Part shown: positions 33,654-44,679 of the stretch, piece by piece
Layout: each line of letters opens with the position of its first letter
Numbering within the stretch: the first letter of the stretch is position 1
Assembly (NCBI GenBank): GCA_965238175.1
Contig: CBDEGZ010000003.1
Location: 704,001-768,000, forward strand
Direction of reading: 5' to 3'
DNA length: 64,000 bases
DNA from: Gammaproteobacteria bacterium
GTDB taxonomy: Bacteria > Pseudomonadota > Gammaproteobacteria > CAJXQU01
The notes under the pieces: model-generated
Seen by the model: only the letters and a program-made list of their open reading frames with translations
Databases searched by the model: none
Told to the model about the DNA's origin: nothing
Made by a program: the position numbers and the translations under genes

Positions 33654-34271
33654 ATGACTGATTATAAAATTCCCGCCGAAACAACGCGATTTGAGCAAGA
33701 AATAAAAAAAAGCCGCTTTATAGCCTATGCCGCTTGTGTTGAAAGCCCAGAACTAGCTCATCGTTTCATAAAAGATCTTAGAACAGAGTTTCCAGATGCC
33801 GGTCATGTTTGTTCGGCATTTTTGATCGGCGAGCCAGGCAATACGACACAGCTTGGTTTTAGTGATGATGGTGAACCTAGCGGAACGGCCGGCATGCCGA
33901 TATTGAATGTTTTACAGCATGGTGAGACGGGCGATATTGTAGTTGCAGTGGTTCGCTATTTTGGTGGGATCAAACTAGGTACAGGCGGTTTAGCCAGAGC
34001 ATATTCCAGTTCCGTGACTTCGGTTTTAAATATCACGCCATTGAAGTTAAAAGTTGTGATGAGATCAATCACTTTCTCGGCGTCTTTTTCCTTAGAAGAT
34101 CCGATAAGAAGACTTCTAAAATCTGTTGGGGTTACAAATCTGAATGTTCAATACAAGCAAGAATTAAATATCGAATGTGATGTGCCGGAAGATCAATTAT
34201 TTGATCTGGAAAAAAGGTTAAATGATATTGGAAAGGGAAAAATAAAGTTGCTAAAGAAAGCACACATTTGA
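33654..34271 (+). CDS. yigZ: YigZ/IMPACT family protein
   Basis: IKKSRF, DDGEPSGTAG, VVRYFGGIKLGTGGL. Confidence 0.92.
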   Translation: MTDYKIPAETTRFEQEIKKSRFIAYAACVESPELAHRFIKDLRTEFPDAGHVCSAFLIGEPGNTTQLGFSDDGEPSGTAGMPILNVLQHGETGDIVVAVVRYFGGIKLGTGGLARAYSSSVTSVLNITPLKLKVVMRSITFSASFSLEDPIRRLLKSVGVTNLNVQYKQELNIECDVPEDQLFDLEKRLNDIGKGKIKLLKKAHI

Positions 34272-34278
34272 TCTACTT

Positions 34279-36015
34279 TTATGGAAATAAATTATATTGA
34301 TCGGTGTCCTGCCCAGGATCTTTTTTGTTGGAAAGCTGAAAACAAACCCGGTTTTGTTCGTTATGGATCAACTTTAATCGAAAGCCATTGAGTTCCGCCT
34401 GACGCGCAGCCTGGTAGAGTCCAATCCCCAATCCACTTTTTGAATTCATCGGTTGTTGAAAAAGTTTTTCTGCAATCTCATCTTCGATTGGCTTGCCAGA
34501 ATCACAGATCGAAAGTTTTACTTCCGTATCCTCAGTCATTAATGAAATTGTGATTTTTAGATCAGGATCAAGTTGTCTCTTAAAGCTGGCGTTTTCGAGC
34601 AGGTTTTCGATCACACTGTCGAACAGATCAAAGGGAATAATGGGGTTGGATTTGACGTGTGCCTGGAATTTTATTTCATCAGATTTGAGTCTCTGTTGTA
34701 ATTTCTTCCACCAGTTTTCCAGCGACATATGTTCAATCGTCACATCTTCTGGATCACGTAATTTATCCAATGCCAGTTGCATACGCTGAGTAATATAGGG
34801 TAATTGTTTTTTGAGTAATAATTGTGCGGGTGAAGGTTTGCTGTCATTTTTTTCATTTAGAATTTGATCCGTTTCTAAAACTGCGGTGATGGTTTGCAAT
34901 GATTGCAGCAGGTTTTTTATGTCATGTGTAACACGAGCGCCAGTTTCATAAATGGCCTGCAGATGTGTTTGCTGCATAAGTTCGAGTTCACGTGCTTTTG
35001 CAGTATGAAAATGATGGACCAGCTGGATCAAAAGTTTGCAGTGCATTAACAAAGTTGGGCCAATCGCGCGGCGCGTGTAAATGTTGGCACTTAGTGTCCC
35101 GCTGGAAAGATCTAAACGGTATTTTGTTTTTACTCCGTGCAAATCTTTATTGTTTGTCAGTTTCCAGCTAACACCTTCTATCCATGGTAATTCGACCAAT
35201 TTTTGCATAGCGGCTTTGACGAAGGTATCCGGCATTTTTTCCTGATCAGCTAATTTTGCTAATTCTCCTAGCCAGGTTTCGAACGGTGTACCGATATTCA
35301 TTAGTGATCGTTCCCAAAGCTGTGCAAGACCACCAAAACCGATCACCGGTGATGACAACCAGCTAAGGGTAAATAAAAAGACTGACAGGACTAAAAGTGA
35401 TTGAAGTAATGCGACTGGATATTGAACGCCAGAGTAATACATGTTCAATAAACTACCAGCGGCAAGCATGGCCGCAATCAATGAAACAGTGATTGCACGA
35501 AAAAAATCAACAGCGCGGATTTGGGTTTCTGGTGTGTGACTGCGAGTTAAAACAATAATGATCAACGGCAGTGCAATTAATCCATAACGAAATAAATTGT
35601 AGACACTCGCATTGATATTTGAAACTTGAAATAGTTCTGTGATGCAGCGGATCAATAGTTCTGACACCAAAAATATCAAAGTGATCAAATAAGCGCGACG
35701 TTCGGTGATATTCTCTAAAATTTGTCCCGAAACTAGTCCGATCAAAAGAATGATCCAACCACACATAATCCACCAATTCATCCAAAAAATAAATCCGCCG
35801 GTGAAAAGCACAAACAAAACACCGGCTTGAAAAGCGATAGTTTGATCGCGTCGCCATAAGGGCTGCCAGATAAAAAATAAACCCAGATGAGCGAGCATTA
35901 ATGATTTTGATAATCGGCTATCAAAATCCTTCCAGATGGCAAAATGTAACAATAGCAACATGGTTGCTAATACCCAGAAACCATTTAATTGCGTTTTATG
36001 TCGTTGTTGTGGCAT
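34279..36015 (-). CDS. Membrane sensor histidine kinase
   Basis: Multi-TM N-terminus; THDIKN H-box, ENLLENA, GLGIGLY. Confidence 0.85.
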   Translation of the reverse strand: MPQQRHKTQLNGFWVLATMLLLLHFAIWKDFDSRLSKSLMLAHLGLFFIWQPLWRRDQTIAFQAGVLFVLFTGGFIFWMNWWIMCGWIILLIGLVSGQILENITERRAYLITLIFLVSELLIRCITELFQVSNINASVYNLFRYGLIALPLIIIVLTRSHTPETQIRAVDFFRAITVSLIAAMLAAGSLLNMYYSGVQYPVALLQSLLVLSVFLFTLSWLSSPVIGFGGLAQLWERSLMNIGTPFETWLGELAKLADQEKMPDTFVKAAMQKLVELPWIEGVSWKLTNNKDLHGVKTKYRLDLSSGTLSANIYTRRAIGPTLLMHCKLLIQLVHHFHTAKARELELMQQTHLQAIYETGARVTHDIKNLLQSLQTITAVLETDQILNEKNDSKPSPAQLLLKKQLPYITQRMQLALDKLRDPEDVTIEHMSLENWWKKLQQRLKSDEIKFQAHVKSNPIIPFDLFDSVIENLLENASFKRQLDPDLKITISLMTEDTEVKLSICDSGKPIEDEIAEKLFQQPMNSKSGLGIGLYQAARQAELNGFRLKLIHNEQNRVCFQLSNKKDPGQDTDQYNLFP

Positions 36016-36041
36016 AGAAAATGAGACTAAAATAAAACTAA

Positions 36042-36203
36042 GGAACCTCTGATTAAGTCCGAGCGAAGTAGATTGTGATGCAAACTAGTCGTAATCAAGG
36101 CGTGAATCACCCGTAATAGCAACAAGCTATTGCGAAGATTGACAACGTAGAGTGTGGCTAGGTTGGACACAAGGTACGAATTCACGATTTAATCAGAGGT
36201 TCC
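36042..36203. mobile_element. 162-bp MITE with IS5-like ends
   Basis: 15-bp TIR GGAACCTCTGATTAA; CTAA target duplication at 36038-36041 and 36204-36207. Confidence 0.85.
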
Positions 36204-36240
36204 CTAAGATATTTGCACATAGTGTTTACAGGAGCCGCCA

Positions 36241-37023
36241 TTGTACGCCATCTTCGCTATAACTCGCTTTACTCTTTTGGAGGCTTTCCGTAATCGGCTT
36301 AGTTGGCTGTTTTTGATTTTATTACTGGCTGCCATGCTGCTTGCTGAGTTTATGGGGGGTATTTCAATAACTGAAAGCCATGCGATAAAGACCAGTTCGC
36401 TCGGAGCGACTTTACGGATTTTTGCTGTGTTTATTACCAGCCTTTACGTAATCACCAGCATGGTTCGTGAGATTAATGATAAAGGCTTGGAACTGATACT
36501 TTCTCTACCTGTTTCTCGATGTAATTATTATTTCGGTAAATTTTTTGGATACACACTGATCGTTTTAGCCATGACGCTGGTGATCGGGATTTGTCTTATA
36601 TTTTATGCGCCAGCACAAGCAATTTTGATTTGGGCAGTATCATTGTTTTGTGAGTTGCTGATCATTTCTGCACTTTGCATGCTCTGTGTTTATACCTTCA
36701 CACAAGTAACGGTGGCGATTACAGTCGTCGCGGCATTTTATCTTTTAGCTAGAAGCATCGATGCAATCCAATTAATGAGTAAAGGGCCGCTGATTGATCC
36801 GAATTCACTCGTGCACATGTTTATGACAAGGACAGTTGATTTGCTCGCTGCAGTACTACCGGATTTATATCGGTTTAGCCCATCTGAATGGTTGATCTAT
36901 TCTGATATTTCCCCGAATCAAATCGCCTGGGATCAAATTGGTCCAGTTATTATCCAAACTTTTATCTATCTTGCTGTATTGATGGCAGCAGGATTATTTG
37001 ATCTATATCGAAAGAACCTATGA
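36241..37023 (+). CDS. ABC-2 type transporter permease
   Basis: REINDKGLELILSLPVSRCNYYFGKF motif; multiple TM; TTG start with GGAG RBS. Confidence 0.8.
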   Translation: MYAIFAITRFTLLEAFRNRLSWLFLILLLAAMLLAEFMGGISITESHAIKTSSLGATLRIFAVFITSLYVITSMVREINDKGLELILSLPVSRCNYYFGKFFGYTLIVLAMTLVIGICLIFYAPAQAILIWAVSLFCELLIISALCMLCVYTFTQVTVAITVVAAFYLLARSIDAIQLMSKGPLIDPNSLVHMFMTRTVDLLAAVLPDLYRFSPSEWLIYSDISPNQIAWDQIGPVIIQTFIYLAVLMAAGLFDLYRKNL

Positions 37024-37166
37024 AAAATCCATTTCACAATGCGCCCTTTTCGTCATGTCGGCGTTAAAAAGCATCTCAAAACACTCGTTTACAAGTGTAA
37101 ACTGCGCTTTTTCGATAACTTTTTGCCTTGTCCTGACAAGAAGATCACATTGTGAAAAGGATTTTT
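37023..37166. repeat. 144-bp palindromic miniature element
   Basis: IR AAAAATCCATTTCACAATG / CATTGTGAAAAGGATTTTT; central GTTTAC/GTAAAC hairpin. Confidence 0.75.
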
Positions 37167-37175
37167 AGATTAGAA

Positions 37176-37892
37176 ATGAATCTTTTTGATCAAAATAGAG
37201 AACGAGCAATAAAAAATATTCCGGTCTGGATCTTACCGAGCTTATTAATAGCATTGCTTGTGCAAATTGCGTGGCATAATTTGCGTTCGGAACCAGTCGC
37301 ACAAATGGTTGATTTAAAACCACCGCCGACAAAGGAAATGTTCAATGCCATGAGTTTTGGAGATCCAGTCGCGCTATCCAAACTAACCATGCTTTGGCTG
37401 CAGGCACATGACAATCAACCAGGGATCAGTATCCCGTTTAAAAACCTCGATTATTTAGTCCTTACTCAATGGTTAGGCCGTGTTTTGGATCTTGATCCTC
37501 GTGGGCAATATCCACTTTTATCCGCTGCTAGAGTTTTCAGCCAAGTGCCAGATGTTGAAAAGCAAAGACAGATGCTGGCTTTTGTGGAGCAGGAATTTCA
37601 TAAAGATCCAAACAGGCGCTGGCAATGGCTAGCGCATGCTGCATTTGTAGCAAAGCATCGTTTAAAAGATCAAAAGCTTGCGCTGAAATTTGCAGAATCG
37701 CTGACCGAAAAGGCGACAGGGGATAATGTTCCAAGCTGGGCAAAACAGATGCAGATTTTTTTGCTGGAAGAGTTGGGTGAGATCGAAAGTGCAAAAATCC
37801 TGCTGGGTGGTTTGTTAGAAAGTGGTCAGATAACCGACCCAAACGAACATGCATTTTTGTATCAGCGATTACAAGAACTTGAAGAAAAGTGA
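37176..37892 (+). CDS. Membrane-anchored helical hypothetical protein, partner of the ABC permease
   Basis: One N-terminal TM; LDLDPRGQYP motif; operonic with the permease. Confidence 0.7.
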   Translation: MNLFDQNRERAIKNIPVWILPSLLIALLVQIAWHNLRSEPVAQMVDLKPPPTKEMFNAMSFGDPVALSKLTMLWLQAHDNQPGISIPFKNLDYLVLTQWLGRVLDLDPRGQYPLLSAARVFSQVPDVEKQRQMLAFVEQEFHKDPNRRWQWLAHAAFVAKHRLKDQKLALKFAESLTEKATGDNVPSWAKQMQIFLLEELGEIESAKILLGGLLESGQITDPNEHAFLYQRLQELEEK

Positions 37893-38317
37893 CCTAGGCT
37901 CAGGAAAACAATCAAGTCTTAAGTTGTATTTGAACAGCAAGGTTTTACAGGCTTCGTTCTGAGATTCTTCTTCCTATCGTCATTAGAATGTCACAATCCT
38001 CAGAAACCTTTATCGTTGCAGAAGGTGAGAGTACGCAAGTTTAATAAATCGTGTTTCTGGTGCAATGGTTTACCTTAAAGAAGGTATTGAACCAGAAGGA
38101 AATTGCAAACTAACACGAAGGCGAAAATTTTAATAAAAGGGCTTCTTTCCCACTAAATTAACAGGCATATCCTCTATTGCTGGAAGTTGTAATCATATGC
38201 GAGACAGCCCGTAATGTGCTTAATGACTACATGTGTTACACAATGTAAACTGCCTTTGTAAGGTCCACAAACCAGTGGAACTTACTGACAGAATTATAAT
38301 TATAAGAGGGTGTGAAA

Positions 38318-38953
38318 ATGATCTACTTAGAATTTTTATTTCGATGGGCACATGTTTTATTTGGTATAACCTGGATTGGGTTGCTCTACTATTTTAACTT
38401 TGTGCAAGGCGAGTATTTTAAAGAAGCGACTGCAGATGCAAAATCCGATGCTCTCCAAAAACTGGCACCACGTGCTTTGTGGTGGTTCCGCTGGGGGGCA
38501 ATGTTTACTTTTTTAACTGGCGTGTATCTGTTTTCACAATTAGGCGGCACAGTAAATGGTTATATTATCGTGGGCGTGTTAGCTGGCACTATCATGTTTT
38601 TAAATGTTTGGATTATCATCTGGCCAGCTCAAAAAATTGTCTGCGGTATTGTTAAAGGTGATGTCGCTGCTGCCGCACCTAAAGCGGGGTTAGCCTCACG
38701 CACAAATACACTATTATCCGGCGTCATGCTGATGGGCATGTTAGGTTCAAAACACGGCGCCCCAGGTGGCGATGCATTGATGCTATTATCTGGCGGACTT
38801 TCTCTTGGTGTAATCCTGACGCTGTTGGTGGTACTGCTGTTGGGTGCAAATGGCATTAAAGGCAAAATGGGACCAATGGCAAGTGTTGCTGGTGTCAGCC
38901 ATTGTAGTATTGCCTTAACTATTGTTATTTTCGCACTGATGAATTACATATAA
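38318..38953 (+). CDS. PuuD/DUF989-like membrane protein without cytochrome c domain
   Basis: RWAHVLFGITWIGLLYYFNF, WWFRWGA, NVWIIIWPAQK, ASRTN. Confidence 0.8.
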   Translation: MIYLEFLFRWAHVLFGITWIGLLYYFNFVQGEYFKEATADAKSDALQKLAPRALWWFRWGAMFTFLTGVYLFSQLGGTVNGYIIVGVLAGTIMFLNVWIIIWPAQKIVCGIVKGDVAAAAPKAGLASRTNTLLSGVMLMGMLGSKHGAPGGDALMLLSGGLSLGVILTLLVVLLLGANGIKGKMGPMASVAGVSHCSIALTIVIFALMNYI

Positions 38954-38990
38954 CTATCTAAATCATTCAGATCACAAATTTAGATTAATT

Positions 38991-39020
38991 AAAGGCTGCC
39001 TCCGGGTAGCTTTTTTTATT
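38991..39020 (+). terminator. Rho-independent terminator
   Basis: AAAGGCTGCC-TCCG-GGTAGCTTTTTTT. Confidence 0.8.
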
Positions 39021-39182
39021 ACACCTTTCACATATTTTCGATCGACGTAGTTCAATTAAAGATTAAATCCTTCTGCCGATGTTCTAACAACAGCTTTATA
39101 CCCCTGCTTAACGTAAATTTAAGATTACTTCTTAACGAGACTGTCTATATAATGATAGTACATTCACTTAGGAGGGAATTTT

Positions 39183-40097
39183 ATGGAAGCCACTCTTGCG
39201 ATAGTCATATTCGCCATCTTCATCGTATTTCAGGGGATTAGAAAAGTACCCCAAGGTTATGAATACACGGTAGAACGATTCGGAAAATACACTCGAACAC
39301 TACGACCTGGGCTGCATTTTATGATCCCGTTTATGGATCGAATCGGATCAAAGTTGAATATGATGGAATCCGTGCTAGATGTCCCATCACAAGAAGTTAT
39401 CACTAAAGATAACGCGATGATCAAAGTTGATGGTGTGGTTTTCTATCAAGTTTTAAACGCACCCAAAGCAGCATATGAAGTAAACCAACTTTCACACGCC
39501 ATTTTAAATCTGACCATGACCAACGTTCGTACGGTGATGGGTTCAATGGATCTGGATGAATTGTTATCCAAACGTGATGAGATTAATGCCCGCCTATTAC
39601 ATGTAGTTGATGCTGCAACTGAACCATGGGGCGTAAAAGTTACCCGTATCGAGATCAAAGATATTAATCCACCACAAGATCTGGTTGATGCAATGGGTCG
39701 ACAAATGAAAGCTGAGCGTATAAAACGCGCCACCATTCTCGAAGCCGAAGGTCAAAAAGAATCTGAAATCCTGCGTGCAGATGGTGAAAGACAAGCCGCG
39801 ATTATGGAAGCTGATGGTCGTAAAGAATCAGCGATAAGAGATGCGGAAGCACGTGAACGGTTAGCACAAGCAGAAGCGCGTGCGACACATATGGTATCTA
39901 AAGCCATTGAAGAAGGTGATGTTCAGGCGGTTAATTATTTTGTCGCAACGAAATATGTGGAATCTCTAAAAGATATTGCTTCCGCCCAAAATAGCAAGGT
40001 AATACTTATGCCGCTTGAAGCCTCAAGTGTGATCGGTGCGATTGGTGGTATTTCTGAAATTGCTAAAGAAGCCTTTGGTAAAAATAAGGAGGCTTGA
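39183..40097 (+). CDS. qmcA: SPFH/band 7 protein
   Basis: [35 protein letters not shown]. Confidence 0.92.
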   Translation: MEATLAIVIFAIFIVFQGIRKVPQGYEYTVERFGKYTRTLRPGLHFMIPFMDRIGSKLNMMESVLDVPSQEVITKDNAMIKVDGVVFYQVLNAPKAAYEVNQLSHAILNLTMTNVRTVMGSMDLDELLSKRDEINARLLHVVDAATEPWGVKVTRIEIKDINPPQDLVDAMGRQMKAERIKRATILEAEGQKESEILRADGERQAAIMEADGRKESAIRDAEARERLAQAEARATHMVSKAIEEGDVQAVNYFVATKYVESLKDIASAQNSKVILMPLEASSVIGAIGGISEIAKEAFGKNKEA

Positions 40098-40098
40098 T

Positions 40099-40542
40099 AT
40101 GGATCTCGTTCTACATCTTCTTCCCTGGCATTGGTTGGCAGTAGGACTGGGGTTGATCATTCTTGAGATGCTTATACCCACTGGCCATACAATTTGGTTA
40201 GGTATTTCCGCCCTGATAGTCGGTACGATTTTATGGTTAATTCCTGACATAGACTGGAAACTGCAGATGCTGATTTTTGCAGCTTTATCATTTGTATCAT
40301 TCCTTATCTACAATAAAATTGCGAGGAATAACCCTGCCGAAACCGACTCACCTGATCTAAATCGTCGAGGTGAACGGTATATTGGTCGGACTTTTACAAT
40401 TGAGGAGCCGATTGTAAATGGTGTTGGGAAAATCCGTGTCGATGATTCTATCTGGCGAGTAAACGGTGAAGATCAACCTATCGGCACAACGGTAAAAGTC
40501 GTTGCAATGAATGGTTCAACACTACAAGTTAAAACTCTTTAG
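40099..40542 (+). CDS. NfeD/YbbJ family protein
   Basis: LNRRGERYIGR, GKIRVDDSIW; follows the SPFH gene; AGGAGG RBS. Confidence 0.9.
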   Translation: MDLVLHLLPWHWLAVGLGLIILEMLIPTGHTIWLGISALIVGTILWLIPDIDWKLQMLIFAALSFVSFLIYNKIARNNPAETDSPDLNRRGERYIGRTFTIEEPIVNGVGKIRVDDSIWRVNGEDQPIGTTVKVVAMNGSTLQVKTL

Positions 40543-40551
40543 AAGGAAAGC

Positions 40552-41526
40552 GTGAAAGCTATTCGAGTAAACAAGCTCGGAGATCCAGAAGTTTTACAAC
40601 TAGAAGCGGTTCCCACGCCAGCACTTGCGAAAGATCAAGTTCTGATCAAAATTAAAGCCATTGGAGTGAATCCAGTCGACACGTACATTCGATCGGGTTA
40701 CCAAGGTTACGATCCAACTGTGCCGTACACTCCTGGTTTTGATGCTGCAGGCACTGTCGAAAAAGTTGGCCTTCAACCCGGCGAAAATATCAAAAACATT
40801 ACACCCGGAATGCGTGTTTATCTATCTGGCTCAATTTCTGGAACTTACGCAGAATATGCACTTTGCAATTTCGATCAGATCCATTCACTGCCCGATCATA
40901 TTTCTTTTTCACAGGGTGCAAGTCTTTATGTTGCATACGTAACAGCCTATCGAGGGCTAATCCAACGAGCAAATGCAAGTCCCGGCGAAACGGTTTTGAT
41001 CCACGGAGCCAGTGGCGCCGTCGGAATCGCGGCAATCCAATTTGCACGCAATTTAGGGTTACGAATTATTGCGACAGCAAGTACTGAAGAAGGCCAACTT
41101 TTAACCGCAGAGCATGGCGCAGATCTGATTATTGATCATTCTGATCCTTCTCATTTTGATCTTATAAATAATTACACAGAAGCTATAGGTGTCGACGTTA
41201 TTTTAGAAATGGCTGCACATATTAACTTGTCGCAAGACCTAAAAGTCCTCGCTCAAAATGGCCGCATTATTATCGTTGGGAATCGAGATACCATCGAAAT
41301 TAACCCGCGTGACACAATGGCTTGTGATGGATCAATTCTTGGAATGTCGCTGATGAATATTTCTGATCAAGACGAAAAAGAAATCTATGCTGCAATCAGT
41401 GCAGGGTTAGTCAACAACACATTAATCCCAGCAATCCGTTGTGAGTTACCGCTAAAAGAGGCTCCGCAAGCTCATAGAATGGTGATGGAATCTGGTGCTT
41501 GTGGAAAAATAATCTTGCTTCCGTGA
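40552..41526 (+). CDS. NADPH:quinone reductase (zeta-crystallin family)
   Basis: GVNPVDTYIRSG, VLIHGASGAVG, GKIIL. Confidence 0.92.
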   Translation: MKAIRVNKLGDPEVLQLEAVPTPALAKDQVLIKIKAIGVNPVDTYIRSGYQGYDPTVPYTPGFDAAGTVEKVGLQPGENIKNITPGMRVYLSGSISGTYAEYALCNFDQIHSLPDHISFSQGASLYVAYVTAYRGLIQRANASPGETVLIHGASGAVGIAAIQFARNLGLRIIATASTEEGQLLTAEHGADLIIDHSDPSHFDLINNYTEAIGVDVILEMAAHINLSQDLKVLAQNGRIIIVGNRDTIEINPRDTMACDGSILGMSLMNISDQDEKEIYAAISAGLVNNTLIPAIRCELPLKEAPQAHRMVMESGACGKIILLP

Positions 41527-41909
41527 AATCAAAACCCAAACCTATTTTGACCACCGTTCTTATTGCCATTTCAGCACTATTTATCTTTTTATACACCAAA
41601 CAGGAAAGTTCTCTAAGAACAGAAAGTGAAAATTGGCTCTCAATAGAGGCGGTGATCAGCGAAAGCAATATCCGCCGTGATTGGAATAAGAATACTGGTA
41701 CACCTAACGCTATTTACCAGTTTGAACTTCAATATATTTATGAAGTCAACAATACAAGCTTTACAGGATCACGCTATTCCTTTCATGGAGATTCGTCATT
41801 TAAATCAAAATCGATAGTTGATCAATTACTTGTGAAATATCCCGTCGGGAAGAGAATCACGATTTATTACCAGCCAGAAAACCCTCAAGAATCTGTCGTA
41901 TTACGTTAA
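41523..41909 (+). CDS. DUF3592-like membrane protein
   Basis: N-terminal TM; W..IEAVI, YIYEVN, YPVGKRITIYYQPENP. Confidence 0.75.
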   Translation: MKSKPKPILTTVLIAISALFIFLYTKQESSLRTESENWLSIEAVISESNIRRDWNKNTGTPNAIYQFELQYIYEVNNTSFTGSRYSFHGDSSFKSKSIVDQLLVKYPVGKRITIYYQPENPQESVVLR

Positions 41910-42045
41910 ATAATAACAATTGGCCTATATTATGCTTAAAAACTATAACTTAAAACCTGCTAAGACCCACAACCGGAGAGTAAGATGAAAGCGAGCAATC
42001 TATTTAATCTGAACTCGGGATAAGGAATAAACTATTATTCTTATT

Positions 42046-43271
42046 TGTAGAAATTCAGATTTGATCTGACAGTTACCCAATTATCAGTAACCGACTGTCA
42101 GGTTAAGTTTAATTCACAAACTTTTCCTTCCAGATAGCTTGTCCGTCGATGAGTGTTTCCATCGGCGTCCTCCCGCAGCACATTTTGCCTTGGTGAGTTC
42201 GTTGAGTATTGTATTTGAGCAACCATTCGTCAAGGTCGAGTTGCAGTTCATCAATCGATTGGTAAATTTTCTTACGCAAAGCGACTTGATAAAACTCATT
42301 GAGGATCGTCTTATGGAATCGCTCACAAATACCATTCGTCTGAGGTGATTTGACCTTGGTTTTGGTGTGTTCGATATTGTTCAACGCCATATAAAGCTGA
42401 TAATCATGCTGGTCAGCTCGCCCACAATACTCCGTCCCTCTATCTGTCAAAATGCGCAACATAGGCAAACGTTGTTCTTCGTAGAATGGGAGGACGCGGT
42501 CATTGAGCATGTCAGCTGCCGTAATCGGTGTTTTAGTCGGGTACAGTTTCGCGTGAGCGACCTTGCTGTAAGTATCAACAAACGTTTGTTGATAAACCCG
42601 ACCAATGCCTTTGAAAGTACCGACATAGTAAGTATCTTGCGAGCCAAGATAACCAGGGTGTGCCGTCTCTATCTCGCCACAAGCCTCATCGTCGTCTTTC
42701 TTGCGTTCCATCGCCGCGACTTGAGACTCAGTGAGGATCAAGCCTTCACCAGCTACCTTATCAGACAATGCCTTCAGGCGATCTTTAAAGCAAGCAAGAC
42801 CATGACGAAGCCAGATACAACGAACGCCACTGGGTGAGACAAATGTTCCCCGTTTGCGCAGCTCGTTACTGGTGCGCGTTTGACCATGTGCGGGCTCTTC
42901 CAGTGCATACTCGAGCACAACGGTTTCAATAGCCGGGTCGATTCTGTTTTTAAGATTTGGGGTACGCCGATTACGATCAAACAAGGCTTCTACACCGCCT
43001 TCATCAGCCGCTTCTTTGTAGCGATAAAATGTATCTCTGGACAAACCCATCATCTTGCAGGCTTTTGAGACATTGCCGAGTTCTTCAGCGAGATTGAGTA
43101 GACCAACTTTATGTTTTATAACTTTGTCATTAGTATGAATCATGAGAGTTACCTCTTTGTGTTTTGATGTTTACGTTGCAGTTACATCAAAGCGGGTAAC
43201 TCTCACTAAATCAAGCGTCGCTACGCTCCGCTTGATTTAGTGATGTGTCAGATTGGGTCTAAACTTCTACA
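42046..43271 (-). mobile_element. IS481-family insertion sequence
   Basis: TGTAGAA...TTCTACA IRs; TCTTATT direct repeat. Confidence 0.92.
42109..43143 (-). CDS. IS481 transposase
   Basis: GYLGSQDT, LTDRGTEY, SPQTNGICERFH. Confidence 0.95.
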   Translation of the reverse strand: MIHTNDKVIKHKVGLLNLAEELGNVSKACKMMGLSRDTFYRYKEAADEGGVEALFDRNRRTPNLKNRIDPAIETVVLEYALEEPAHGQTRTSNELRKRGTFVSPSGVRCIWLRHGLACFKDRLKALSDKVAGEGLILTESQVAAMERKKDDDEACGEIETAHPGYLGSQDTYYVGTFKGIGRVYQQTFVDTYSKVAHAKLYPTKTPITAADMLNDRVLPFYEEQRLPMLRILTDRGTEYCGRADQHDYQLYMALNNIEHTKTKVKSPQTNGICERFHKTILNEFYQVALRKKIYQSIDELQLDLDEWLLKYNTQRTHQGKMCCGRTPMETLIDGQAIWKEKFVN

Positions 43272-43435
43272 TCTTATTGATTCAATAGTTTAACTTAAGG
43301 TTAAAGGGCTTCTATAGTAAGATTCTTCACATATGCTCAGAATGACAGATTTTCCCTATATTATTACCATCCAACTTGTTGAATCATAAAGAGTTTTAAA
43401 TTCTCTTATCCCGAGTTCATATATGGTCTCCTCCC

Positions 43436-43665
43436 GTATTGCAAGATAAAACATTCAGATAACAGGGACAGGATTGCTGTCATATATACGGCCCTCAATG
43501 AAGTTTTCAACTTCTGACCTGGATGTATTACGCGCCTATTTTCCTTATCAGGTTATCGGTATTAGTTACCCCTGAGCTCGACAGGTTTTCAATAGGCTGG
43601 TTTGACCTGTTATGCCATCTTTAGTTTTACCTTCGCAATTCGTTGAAATGATTTGTTCTCTCTAT
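43436..43665 (-). ncRNA. Putative bridge/seek RNA region of the IS1111 element
   Basis: Non-coding end downstream of the transposase containing segments that match the target and the donor junction; exact RNA ends unknown. Confidence 0.65.
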
Positions 43666-44679
43666 TTAGGCCGGTGAGTAGTCATCACCAGAAACCGTTA
43701 TAGCCCAGGCCATTCTTGCCATTTTGTTGGCATACGCCACACACGCTCGATTATGCCCCCGCGTCTCAACTAAACGATTAATCCATTGACTCAGTTTATC
43801 GCCTTTCGTTTTGGCTCTTGATACCACGGCCTTCGCGCCTAGAATTAACAAACAACGAAGGTATTTATTGCCGCGTTTACTGATCCCCAGTAGCACCTCT
43901 TTACCACCACTACTGTACTGTCGTGGAACAAGTCCTAATGAGGCGGACACATCGCGCCCTTTGTGATAATGAGCGCCGTTTCCCACTTCATTAAAATACG
44001 CGCTCGAGACCATCGGCCCAAACCCTGGAATAGTTTGTAAGCGTTGGCAAATCGCATTGTTTTTTGCCGATTGAATGATCAATTGGTCAAATGTCGCAAT
44101 ACAGGCATCAAGTGATTGCCATTGTTCCTTTAGCTGGCGCAGTATCCTTTTGAAAGTAACGGACAACCGTTCGTTCTCATCACTTAATAGCAACGGGATA
44201 GATTGACGTAGGGTATTTAGGCCGGGACGAAGGCTAATGCCATATTCTGCAACAAGCGCTCTCATTTGGTTACATAATGCGGTTCTTTGTCTGACCGCTA
44301 AGTCTCTTGCTTTATGTTGTGCCTGGTTGTCTTGTTGCTCAACTGATTTAATGCCCACACTTTTTAAATGAGGTTGTTTCGCAGCAACGGCGATGGCCAA
44401 GGCATCGTTATAATCATTCTTATTGCCGATTAGAAATGCGTTAACATGCTGAGGTGGTAGTAATTTCACCTGATGTCCCTGTTGTTGTATCGCTCGGGCC
44501 CAATACTGTGACGTTGCACAAGATTCTATTGCGACTAAACAAGGAGGTTGAGATTGAAAAAAGGAGAGTACCTGCGCTCGCTTTAACATTTTCTTTTTGA
44601 TTATACGCCCTTGTTGATTACAGCAGACAGCATGAAATACGTTTTTTGCTATGTCTAACCCGATTGTTGTAGTCTTCAT
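43666..44679 (-). CDS. IS110 DEDD recombinase/transposase
   Basis: IGLDIAKNVF, AIESC, KNDYNDA, GLVPRQYSSGGK; start at MKTTTIG with GAGGAG RBS. Confidence 0.95.
   Translation of the reverse strand: MKTTTIGLDIAKNVFHAVCCNQQGRIIKKKMLKRAQVLSFFQSQPPCLVAIESCATSQYWARAIQQQGHQVKLLPPQHVNAFLIGNKNDYNDALAIAVAAKQPHLKSVGIKSVEQQDNQAQHKARDLAVRQRTALCNQMRALVAEYGISLRPGLNTLRQSIPLLLSDENERLSVTFKRILRQLKEQWQSLDACIATFDQLIIQSAKNNAICQRLQTIPGFGPMVSSAYFNEVGNGAHYHKGRDVSASLGLVPRQYSSGGKEVLLGISKRGNKYLRCLLILGAKAVVSRAKTKGDKLSQWINRLVETRGHNRACVAYANKMARMAWAITVSGDDYSPA

Noticed and set aside
37960-37995. GAGATTCTTC...AGAATG REP-like remnant (similar one at 43320-43349)
   Set aside because: Too short and degenerate to call as a feature.
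42367-42837. 156-aa plus-strand ORF and other shadow ORFs inside long genes
   Set aside because: Antisense or alternate-frame shadows of well-supported genes.
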